A stretch of DNA of 64,000 nt from Caecitellus pseudoparvulus (Eukaryota; Protista; Bigyra: Bicosoecida), in assembly GCA_965644315.1 (NCBI GenBank), contig CBFFRQ010000062.1, positions 434,001 to 498,000 on the forward strand, read 5' to 3'. Below, piece by piece: positions 11,101 through 23,100 of the stretch. How positions within the stretch are numbered: position 1 is the stretch's first letter; every line of letters begins with the position of its first letter. The translations under genes and the position numbers were made by a program. The notes under the pieces were generated by a model that worked only from the letters and a program-made list of their open reading frames with translations, was not told the origin of the DNA and searched no databases.

Positions 11101-14100
11101 CCGACAGGGCCGAGCCTGCAGTTTCGACTGCGGCGGCTCCAGCATCTGCTGTCCCGCGATCCACGGAGAAAGAACAGAGCACGGAGGCAAGCAGGCAGGT
11201 GGCTGTCTCTTCAGAACTTAAGCCGTGCATGGGCTTCACGAGTCCGTTAACGCCAGACAGTAGGAACCTCTGGGGTGCAAGGTCTTGCGCAAGAGTGGAT
11301 AGGGGAACGCCTGGTGCCTCACCGAGCATCCAGCATGACGCGTTCACGCCTCCATCTACCGAGGCGCGGACAATGCGTGCAAGTGGCTCCATGCCCAAGA
11401 TCATGTTCTGCGTCAGACAAAGCCGCTCTCGAAGCATGCGCATCGGAGCTGCCCCACTCATCTCACCTGCATGCTGTGGAAGCTTCACCATGTCTCTCAG
11501 ACGCAGCTGTACAGCACCCTCGCGTTGCCTTTCCTCAGATGCACGCAGCACGAAGTCCTGGATCGGTCTCTCAATTGCATCCTGCCTTCCACACACTGCG
11601 GTGAACTCCTGAAACTCCTCACGCAGCTCCTTCCAAGCATCCAAGAATGCCACGACAATGTTCAGACCGCGCTCTCGAACCGCTGCCGGCAGACGTGGGT
11701 CTCTAAGCACTACTTGCATGGTCACATCGTTGGCTTCAGTGTCCGTGAACAACAGGGCGGCTTCTTCCATGCACCAGTTGTACGCCTTCAACATCAAAGG
11801 GATGTGCTTGCTGAACCGCAGCGCCGCCCCACGGTCTGTGCTCGTCACCTCCAATGCAACTTCTGCCACATCTTTGAACTCGGAAGGCCGCTCAGTGTCT
11901 CGGCCTTGCGCAGCAGCCCCCGCACTGCCTGCAGGTTCATCGTGCAGTGCGACCAGGTCCAGATGTCTCAACTGCCCCGCAACTTCCTCCAGCTTCAGGG
12001 ACAGCGCCTGCTGAGCAGCACGAGGATTCTGCTCGTCCAGCATGCACTGCACCTCAAAGCTTGCCTTGCTGACGGCGTTGATCAGCACACTGAAACTCAA
12101 ACCAGCCACCCCATGGAGCTCCCGCACCTTCGCTTGGCGTGTGTCCTCCCCAGCTGCAAGTACAGCGTCACATGCAGCCTGAACCTGGGCTTGGGTGCTT
12201 TGGCTGGCCAGACTCACTGCACTCCATGCACCAAGGCCCAGGCTTGTCATAACACCATTCCGCGCCAGAAGCTTGGTCAGCGTTGCTATGTCTCCACTGT
12301 CGTGAGAAACGATGCGACAGAAGAGGAACGAAGCCCATGCTGGGCTGCTCTGCACAAGCCATTGGGTGCAAGCCTGCACCTCATCCGTGCACCAGTCCGC
12401 CACATTGCCATGCACGATGCACCTTGCCAAATCGTCACAAAATGCAACACACCGCTGCATGAAGCCGACCCTGTCGTACATGCTCCAAGCACGACCAGAC
12501 AAACCTGCCTGGTCTCCACACAAGTTCGTCGCTTGTGCTGAGAGTGCGTTCGTCTCAGCGGATCGTTGGAACGAGAAAAACCCTCCGACGACTCGCAGCA
12601 CCTGTGAGCCTTCATTGCTGTGTGCCATGTACGCGATCGGCGCACCTGCGGCACTCCCATCTGCTGAATCGCCCTGTATGTCAGAAGTGTACGATGTGCT
12701 GACCTCAATTGGCATGGGCCACCGGGAGCCTGGCAAGGCTTCCGCCAACACGGTGTGCAGAGCCTCTCTAGTACTATCGGCTGCATCTTCAGAAATACTG
12801 CACAGCAATTCCAGCAGTGCAACTCGGCCTGTCAGAGACAAGCACTCCGGATCGCCGAAGAGCACTGAGGGCGCCGTGTCCATCTCCCGCACTGTAGCAT
12901 TGGTGTGGCCCACAAGACCGCCAACCAAGGCCTGCAGTGCGCCAGCCGATGCAGGAAGGCTGTTCGCAGTTGAAAGCCACACCAGGACAGCAACGCAAGC
13001 GTCCCTGGCGGGCTCGATGAGCGGACCTTCGCGCAAACTCGCGACCTGCGCCAGAGCAAGCAATGCGAAGTCCAGCGCTGGCATGCTGTCGTATTCATGC
13101 TGGCATTCAACCAGGCACTCCGCAACTGTCTTTCTCAGTCGAGCTGGCACCCTGCAAAGCACCTCGAAGGATACGAGAAGTACTACACAAACCTGCAGAG
13201 TCCCGGGGAAGTACTCTTCAGCAGACTGGCCGCTCCGCAGGGAAAACTCGCGCAATGTTCGAACTTGTTCGACCCACTTGCACCACTCTTCCTCACTCTG
13301 CACAGCATCATCGATATCTTCTGCAAGCTTGCCCACTGCAGATCGTGCGATCTCAGCAGCGGCTGACTCCACCCCGTCACGCATGATTTCAGCCTTGAAA
13401 TCCTCCAGCTGCTCGTCACTCGACACTCCAATGAGTGAGCTGAGCATTGACTGCAGTGATACGCCCAGATTTGCGAGCATTGTCTTGAGAATCACAGGGG
13501 TGAGCACTGAGGCAAGTGGAACCTCTTGCTGACCCCTTAGACGTTCGATTTCAGTCGCACACCGACCTTTCAATGCAAAAGACACAAGCTCAAACTCCTT
13601 TGGAGACAGGCGCCGCTCAGACGTGGTCTGAACCCTCACACTACTCTCAGCGGGGCAAATGAAGCCCAGTGTGATGCGGATAAAATCCTGAAACCAAGCT
13701 TTTCGAGCTGCCTCGTTCTCCGCAAGCAGCTCCAAGGCTGGCTTCAAGAACGAGAAGCTTCCGGGCGCCTGCTGTGGAAGATCCAGTCGTCGAACTGCCT
13801 CACGGAGAGTGGCCGAAGGTTCACCTCCACTTGATATGCGCGAGGCATCAAGCAAATCAGTCATAGCTTCCATGAAGCTTGAGAAGCATGGTGTTGAGGG
13901 GGCCCAGGGCGACTGAGGAACCAAGTTCAGCGGGTAGAAACTGTGCTGCAGAGCTTTCTTGCGAATCACTTGCCTTGCAACCACCGACTTCAGGCACGTC
14001 GATGCAAACTTGGCTCCCCATACTGCAAGAGCGGCACTCTCCCACGCTGCAGAATCCGGCAAAGCGTTAGGGCTCAGGCCTGCGATGGCCTCCAAGCCGT

Positions 14101-17100
14101 AGTCTTGGCACAGGCTTGTGAGGACATCTGGGAGCATTTTGTTGAACAACCAGGTGATGCCATCGCGAATCTGCGACAAGACACTGCCTTTCATGCCATC
14201 CTCCACAACAGCATCAGCTGCATCGCGCAAGGCGGCTTGGGCTGTCTGATGCCAGAAACGCTGCAGCAGCTCACCCAAAGCAGCGATCAAATACGGTCGT
14301 GCCTTCACAATGTCAGCTAGTGTGCCTGGGCCAGCCCTGCCGTTTGAAACGAAAATCGAAGCTGTGTAGAATTCCGGAACGCGTTCAAGTCCTCTACTTC
14401 TAACTTCCTCCACCTTTGCCCGTTGATGCCTGAAGGTCACCCTCCGAGCAGCCTCGAGCACCAGGTCCTCAAGTGATGCTCTGAGCTCCTGGCCCGCATC
14501 ACAGCCGCCATCTGCACTCGGCAGCCCCATCGCAGCAGCAAGCCACTTGTGCGACTGCTCCCCTGGTCTGACCCCCAAGGCATCGCCCCCTTCGCCTTCC
14601 GCCACCACATCAATGCCATCAACAAACACGTTCTCCCAAGCTGATGACAGAGGTACGAAGTTGTACGCGGCTCCCAATGACGCCAGCTGCAAGGGGCTGT
14701 ACAGGATCATCACAACCGCCGGGGTGGGGATGCTCCTCCATGCCCTGCATGCCTCACTCTCACGCAAGCGAGTCTGGAACACGGCTCGACACGAGTCAAT
14801 GGCTTGGCGGACGACATTTACCTGGCTTGCTGTGTGACTGCCCATGTTCGCACACACGACCAAGGATGGCAGCTCTGAGTTGGGCTCGATGCAGCCCTGC
14901 TGGGCAACACGCAACGCAAGCTCGAAGAAGTCGCTGATCCTGTCCACGATGCCAGTGGAGCTGGACGCCTCTGACAGCGAGTACACGAAGGCCGACTGGG
15001 GCGCTACCGCGCCAGCTGCAGCTCCGTCAGCAGCCGCCCCGCCTCTAATGCCACCTTCCAAAGCTGCATGCCTGCTCAAGTCGAGTGACGCAAGAGACTC
15101 CACCCTGCAGCCAAGCAGGGCTGCAGCACTTGCACCGCAGCTCTCCAACTGGGCCACTCCTGAGCTGTGGCGCGCAAACACCATGAACTGACACGCAGAC
15201 GACACAGACTTTGAAGGTTCCCTGGTGGCTGACACTGCACGCTGCCAAGCTGTGCGGACTGAGTCAAGCAGGCCATGCAACAGCCGCTGCCCACTGAAGT
15301 GCTCCTGTCTCGCCACATACTCCGTGACGTACCGAGAAGGGAAGACGCCGTTGCGGTTGCCGGAGGCGAACGCACCAGCACGTGCCATCTGGAGCAGCTG
15401 CGCATTGCATGCATCCACATGCCTCTCCATGGATGCAAGCAAGCGCTTTGTCACAATACACTCAGGGCCTGCTTCTGCCCCTGCATCAGGGGCAGCAGCA
15501 GTGCTGTAGCCCACCACACCTTCCTCGCCTGCTGCTCCTGCCTCCGATGCTGAGGCAGGCTGCCCCTCGTCCCCTGAGCCGTCCATCATGCGGAACGGCG
15601 AGGGGACTTCAAAGTTTGTGTCCATGCTTTGCGTTTGCCGTAGCAGACGCAGAATCAGAGCGGGCACAGTCTCAGCTTCGGTGTACCCTTGGAACATCAA
15701 GGAAGGGTGTCCAGAGGCCACAAAGCCGGCGAACCTCTCAACCTCCTCCTCAAGGTGGTGGAAGAAGGCCTGCAGACCCGGCTTGTATCGGATGCCACTG
15801 AAGCACGGCGGGATGTGCTGGGGCAAGCTTTCAAGCTGGCTCCGCAGAGCGTCACGGGCAGACAGGACGAACTTGGAGAACCGATTCAGCAGCGGACTGG
15901 GCATGTGCCGAAGCTGACTCAAGGGCACATGCACAACAACCTTGAAGGCGGGGTGCACGTGCACTGGGATGGACATGGCGCCAATGGTGATGTCAGCGTA
16001 GTACGTCTTCTTGCCTTTGTACGTCGCAGAGCGGTAGTACCGGTTGAACACATCGTACAGCGCTGTGAACACAGACTGCGGGCAGTTCACGAGCAGAGCA
16101 GTTTCACCACTCCCCGCCGCTTGCTTGACACGGCGCAAGGTCTTCGCGATGTTCGTCGGGTTCTGGTCATCTGGGAAGTCACTCAGCGAGATCACCGTAG
16201 TCGCCCCACGATCCAGGATGCCCAGGTCAAACAGCATGTCCACGCCTGCCTCACAGTTGGACCGGTCCACCACCAGGGCGTGTCGGAAGTGGGCTTTGCT
16301 CGGGTCGCCCTCGTACTCCTGCCCCAACAGGTTGGAAAGAGACTCGAGTGCTGCCGGCTCGTACTGCCTTCCGCCTGCTTGGCCAGCTGCCCCACCGTGT
16401 GCTGCCCCACCACCAAGGCCGCCCAGTTGGCACTCGAGCAGGAAAGCCTCAACAAGGCGGCTGAACTCCTCACGGTCCCCTGCGATGCGGGACACTGTCT
16501 GCATGTTGCATCGGAGTCCTCCCACGAGCACATCGGCAGTCAGCCTGTGCAGCCCCGCATCCTGCAGCCTGTGCCGGATGTGGCGACACAAGTACACGAA
16601 GTCGCGCAGATGGAACCAACTAAAGAACCTGCCACTCAATGCATCACGCTGGGACTCAGCCTGGAAAGCTGCGCAGATGCCACGGACCAGCTCCAGCTGC
16701 CTTGACGTGTCTCCGTACTTCGGATGTGCCGACGTCAGCACTCCATCCACAAGCTCCTTCACCAGCTTGCGCGAGCCGTCCTTCAGCAACAGCTGCATGC
16801 CAAGAGTGACGATGTCCTTCTGCTGCACTTTGCCCTGACTGCAGTGCACGGACCGGTTGGTCTTTGCAGCGTCCAGCGTCGAGTTGGACAGCAAGATTGT
16901 CGGGGGGCCGTCCTTCTCCTCCAGCACATCGTGCAGAGCTTTCAGCGCTTGGCGGCGCTCCTTCGGCAACCCCGCCTCATCGATCACAACACACACACGA
17001 GTGGCGTTCCCAGGAGTTGATGCGATCCGCTGCCGCTGGATCGCACTCTGGTACACCTTCTGCAGCTCCTCAGAGGTGGTCACCTCGGAACACTGGTAGT

Positions 17101-20100
17101 GCTCAATCTGCATGTGTGGGAACCTCCGCAGCACTGCGCTCTGTGAGCTCCGACCAGCGAAGTTGTCGGCCACGATCATCACTGCCATGGTCTTCCCACA
17201 CCCTGGTGGGCCCGTCGTCAAGACGTTGAAGGTGGGCGTCACACACACAGCCAGGCTTGCTGTGAACACTGCTTCCTGCATGGGCGCTGTCTCAGCCAGG
17301 CCATCTGGCCGCTTCTTGATCTCCGAGAACAAGTGCTCCATGGCCCCGTTCAACGTGTTCTGCAGCTCGCCATGCACCAAGTCGGGCTGTCCCACACCGT
17401 CCATGGCGGCCAAGAACGCTAAGCGGTAGGAATCGTGTCCATTCACGCGTTCAGCTTCGACTCGACTTGGCAAGCGCAGCAAGTAGCACACTGCAATTGA
17501 CACTAACAAGGACTGCTTCAACAAGTCACGCAGGAACTGCACACTGCCTTGGTCTGTCCTGAGGCTCGGCTTGGGCAAGAAGGGGTTCACGGAGACTTCT
17601 CGCCCGGCCACCTTCTCACCTGTGCGCACTCCAGCCCGCAAGAGCCATGCCGCGAGGTCCACACACCGCACGAGGTCTCGAAGAGACACGTGAATGCGCC
17701 GCAGTTCGAAGCGCCGGACAGTCTCCTGGGCTGCGAGCACAAGCCTTGCCGCCATCTGTGTGAAGCCTTGCAATGCCCGCGCATGCTGCTCCTTCACTCC
17801 CCGTGTCACTTGCCCAACGTGAGGCAACTGCCAAGCCTTCTGCTCCACGTACATGCGCAGGAACGCCTCTTCATCCTCAGTCTGCAGATCAGGCGCCGCC
17901 TTCTCCATCGTTCGCATGGAGGCTGGGAGGTACTTCACGATGAATGGAGCGTAGGCATCCTCACCATCCTCGCCATCCTTGCTTCCTTGCCGTTCCAATG
18001 GCGCAGGTGGCGGTGCAGCTTGACCTGCGCCAGCTGCCGCTTGTGCGCCCTGCACAGGCGTGTAGTTCACCACTCCTTGTGCCTGTCGCCGAAGCTGCTC
18101 CCTCGTGGCCTTGGGGTTGATGGCGCCCACGAAGTACAGGTTCTTGGGCAGTTCACGCCCGTTCACGGAGTGCTGTGTGAACGCCTCACATACGATGCCG
18201 AGGTCCCCTGCCGTGTTCAGCTCATCCACGAACACACACATGGTCAGCTTGGCAGATGCAGCGTCGCGCTTCCTTGCTCGCGGCACAGACCGCTCAGCGT
18301 CGGCAAGGGTGGCTTCGATTCGCTTCAGCTCTGCTTCCCACTTGGATGCAGTCATGCCAGCGTGCATGAGCACACGGCTGTACAGCGTCGCCGTCTCGCT
18401 CGTGAACACTGACTTGAACACCACCCGGAAGTCCAGCCTCTGTGAGAATGTGTCCGTGCCGGCTGCCGCAGGTTGCGCCGCCCCTGCCTCTCCAGCTGCC
18501 GCTGCCCCTGCTCCAGCCCCGCCAACACCCTGCCCTTGCTTGCTCAGCTCCTCCATTTCCGAGCTGACGGCATCAAAGGTCACCCTCGTCTCCGTCATGT
18601 GCTTGACGAGCTCCGCCACGTCGGCCACACGGCCCTGCGTGTGGAAGTAGTTGAAGTTCTGCTGCAGCCGCTCCCTGTGTGCGGCTGGGATGCCAGCAGC
18701 CTGCCGTGGATACTGCCTCAATGCCAGCTGGATCAAGATGGGCACTTCGTCAAACAGCTTGTTCTGCAGCTCCTCAGATGCATGGGACTCGAACACGTCC
18801 ATGACATGCTCCAGATCCACGACACGTGGGTCATTCGTCAGCTCCACCTTCTCCCATGACGGAGAGACTGGAGGCACATTCGTGACCTCCACCGTGGTCA
18901 AGTCAGGGGACACCTCATACGTCGCACCCTTGATCCGCAGGATGCCGGACAGGGCCGCGATGTCACTGCTGACAGCTTCGATGCTGCGCCCTTCCAACTG
19001 CAGCTGGCGCAGTCGAGCTTGCAGCCGGGGCAAGTTCACACGCGCAAAAGCACGCAACGCAGTGACCAGGAACAAGGACATGTCAAACAGGACATCATCA
19101 CGGGAGTTGCGCAGGAGGCTGTACATGTTCACCAAGAAACTCTTGCACACACCTGTGTCGCCTGCAAGCACCATGGAGTTGCCCGACTTGCACCAGTCGT
19201 GCAGCTCCAACATGCGCAGGGAGTCCCGAAGCGCCAGCACAAAGTTGTTGCGCTCAAGCAGTGGACGCAGCAGTGCAGTGTCCCGCATGCCAAAGGCTGG
19301 CGCGATCCCAGCCCGCAACTCTGCCATGTCGAAGCCATTTTTTCCGTCCTGAGCGTCTGAGCTCAGGTATGTGACCATGTTGTCAGAGCCAGGAGCCAAG
19401 CTCAGGGTCCGCATCAGCGTCTTGGCTTCCTGCAGCGTGCATGACGATGGGTACACAACGAGGACTCTGAAGTCGAAGACGCCTCCGACAGGTTCAGAGG
19501 ACTTCACCTTTGTCGGCCGGATGGTGGCGACACGCAACCCACCATGGAACATCCCACACGTTGTAGCGACCTCGTAAATCATGAACGACAGCATCTCGTA
19601 CCAAAACGAAGCCTTGGCACATTCATGCCTGATTGATGATTGACTCGGATTCTTCTTGGCGGTGTCGCTCATGGTCTGCAAGTACTTCAGTCGGGTTTCC
19701 AGCAGCTTGGCCATCTGCACGACCAAGCGCAGGTTCACATCAGCTGCGCCCCTCAAGAAAGGGTGCTCCGCAAGCGCAACAGCAAGTATGTCTCGCAAGG
19801 CTTCATCGCCCAGGCGATCCGCCAAGCCTTCCATGCTCGGAAGGAACTTCGAGCTCCGGATCTCGGCACAGGCGTCAGCGAGGCAGCGGCAAGCATCGCC
19901 TCCGCAGCCCTGTGCGTGCATGTGCAGGCCAAGCCCCACAGCACACAGTCGGAGTGTCGGGTCCATGTGCAGGTCGCCCATGTTGACGACCCGCATGGAG
20001 TCGCGCCATTTCACAGCCAAGTGCCCGTCCAGCTCGGCCAGAAGTGGATGGGACGCTGCACGAACACCACCGCCCGCGCCTGCACTGGGCCAAGCTTCCC

Positions 20101-23100
20101 GAGCCGGGAACTCCGTCTTGCCCAGTGCTGGCAGCTCCATGGCGACGTGAAGCTGGACTGAACAGTCGAGAACACATGCCTCACCTGACTGCATGTCACG
20201 CAGAAGTCCCAGGCTGAACATGTCAAACAAGCACTGCGACAACTGACCCACGTCAGCCTGCTCAAACACGTCAAAGTGCATCCACACACGGCCGCCGCTT
20301 TCTCCCAGCCCCTGCACTACTTCCTTGTACTGCTGGATCAGATGGGACACGGTGAACCCTTCGTGCACTGGGACACGAATGAGCTTCGCGCCATCAGCTT
20401 CGCAGCTCCTGGAAATGTGGAATGACTTGCCACTTCCAGGCCCGCCAGCCACCAAGTCTGCTCCAGATACGTGGCGAGCTCCCGCAGCCTGGTGCTGTGC
20501 TGCCCAGCTGAGGGATCGCAGCTGGTTGACGCTGGCCGGCACTGGCTCCTTCTTCCACCAAGTATCAGCTGCTGGCGCGACAAACTGACGCATGCCCACC
20601 ACATCGCCAAATAGCAGGTACACTTCCACTGAGAGGTCTGGCGACTGCAAGCACCGGTTCAATGCATCTCGTGCCACCGCGGAGAGACGATCCACCCCCA
20701 GGCAGTAGACAGCAGGAGCAAATGGGGCCTTGCTGCACAGCATGCGCCCCAGCCACTCGATGTCTGCAACAGTCGCGTCAGCATCACAACGATACAGCTG
20801 ACTGGGATGCAGGGGCACGCCCACTGATGCATGGTGCTCCAGCGCCTTGTGGCACATGTGGTGCAAGGACTTGCCTCGCAGCAGCACCACCGACACCGCA
20901 CCTGCATCTTCAGGAACCGCGCCCACATCCATTGCCCGTGCCAGTACACCTGCCGCCCAGGGCAAGCATCGAGCGACCTCGTCAAAGCCACCAGTGGCCT
21001 GTGCCTCCAACTTCTCACACATGGCTTGCTGTGCCAAAGCGTCCGTGGCAGGATAACACAGCATGGCATATGGCAGCAGTGCTTGCACGGCCTTGCGTGG
21101 CTCGTACTGCGTTCCCGCGAAGCCCTGCAGCGCCTGACTGAGGCCAAGCAGCAGCTTCGGCGTCAGAGCACTCAGTGCAGGGCAGTCATACAGTGCCTCC
21201 TCTGTGCCCCCTCGCCACGCATCAAGCTGGGCCTCCAAGAGCTCAAGTCGATTCCTCACCTTGTCCACAATGCTTTCTGTGGAGTCAGTGTCCACTTCGT
21301 TCAAGGGCACTGCAGCGCCACCCGGCTGATACTCGGGGTGGCCAGCGCTGGCCAGCTCAAGGTGCACTTTGTGAGCTTCCTCTGCGAGGTCATATGCAGC
21401 AAGGATGTGCTGCACAGCGTCGCCATCGTCATCACCTGACTCCCCCACGACCTGCGCATTGGTGATGTTCTCCAACAACTGATCGGGTGTCCACGGCACC
21501 CTCGTACCACTCGTTTCGCCTCCAATGGCGTACGAAAGTGAAATGCCACTGCGGTGCCCCGTCTCGTCGAGAATGGACACGAACTGACCTGTCCCACTGA
21601 TCTCACGGTGCAGCAGCAGGAGGTTGGAGTTTGCTGCGTCCCGGTTGGCGCGCTGCAGCGCAGATGCCACACGCTCCCAGTTATCCACCAGCGCCTTGAT
21701 CTCACCAACCAACGCCTCAGCAACGGCGCCTCGAGTGCTCCGTGCTCCACTCCCACTGGCATCCTCCCGCGATGCTCGTGAAGTGATCACCCCATCCACA
21801 GCCCTCACAAGGTCCACAATGGACACTTGAGCGGCCCTTGCTCCCTCCGCTGCCATGCCGCCTCGAGCGAGTGGGGAAGCCTGGCGGGCTGGCAGTACAG
21901 CCTCAGCAAGCTGCCGCAGTGGCGGCAGGTGCCGCAGAAGCCCTTGCAAGTGGGTGTCAGCGGTTGATGCTTGCAAGGCCAGCTCGAACTGACCTGCATA
22001 GTCCTCGCTGTGCTCGTCGAGGTACTGCATGAAGTCTGACATGGACGGCAGTGCCGCGATGACTTGCATGATCGCCAGATCCAGCCCGCCGAGCTCGGCA
22101 CTGATGTTGGCCAGGGCGGCCTTTACCTGACTCACCTTGGCGCTTTGTGCCCTCCGGATCGGAGCACAGGCCACCTCCACATCACGGCACCCCAACACTC
22201 CCAGTGCTTCCCTGAAAGCGCCCAACGTGTCTTGCATGCGCAGCAACTCAGTCGCTTGCCGCACGTTCGCCACCTGCGTCTGGAAGACACTCGGCCGATC
22301 CGACGAAGACCCACCTTGGTCGTCGTTGAAGAAGCTGGAGATGGCGGCGAGCTCGCGCCCAAAGTGAGCACCACGTGGCAAGTCGTCGCCGCCCCCCATT
22401 CCCTGCGTGCCAGACCTGCCCAGCTCAGACACCTTCTGGTCACCCATGTTCAGCAGCTTCTTCAACCCTTCCAGGACTGCCTCGATCGCTGCATCCCAGC
22501 CACGGCCGGTGTGACGTTGGCCTGCCAGTCGCCGCGTGATGGCTTCCCGCACAAGTCGATCGCGGAACAGTACACTCTTGTGGTCCATGAAGTGCTTCAG
22601 CGCCCTGAACGATGTCTCAGACAGCACAACTCCACCTTGCTGCAGCTCAACAAAGTTCAGCCAATCTCTCACGGTGGAACCATCGTCTGGTGGTGGAACA
22701 GCGTCTCGTGCTTGGCCGGCACCAGCTCCGAACAGAGTCAGCTCCGAGTACCACAAAGCCATGGCTCGCAGGGACTGTGCCTTCTCCTTCGAGTTCGCGA
22801 GCGTGGCCATGCACTCACGCACGGCTGCGGGCACTTGATCTTCCTTCGTCAGTGCGATGCCAAGCACTCGCTGCAGCTTGGCATCCTCGGCCAAAGTCTG
22901 CAGGTCGTGCACAGTTACAGAATTATCGGAGAGGGAATCCTCTATCGTATCCATGCACTCTTGCACGTGGTCCCACACAATCCACACGACGTCGGACAGG
23001 CTGCAACTCTCAACATCGCCATCGTCATCGCCATCATCCTGGGTCTGGCAAGCCACCCTCTGAACATTCAAGACAGGCAATGGCTTCCCGCCAAACTCCT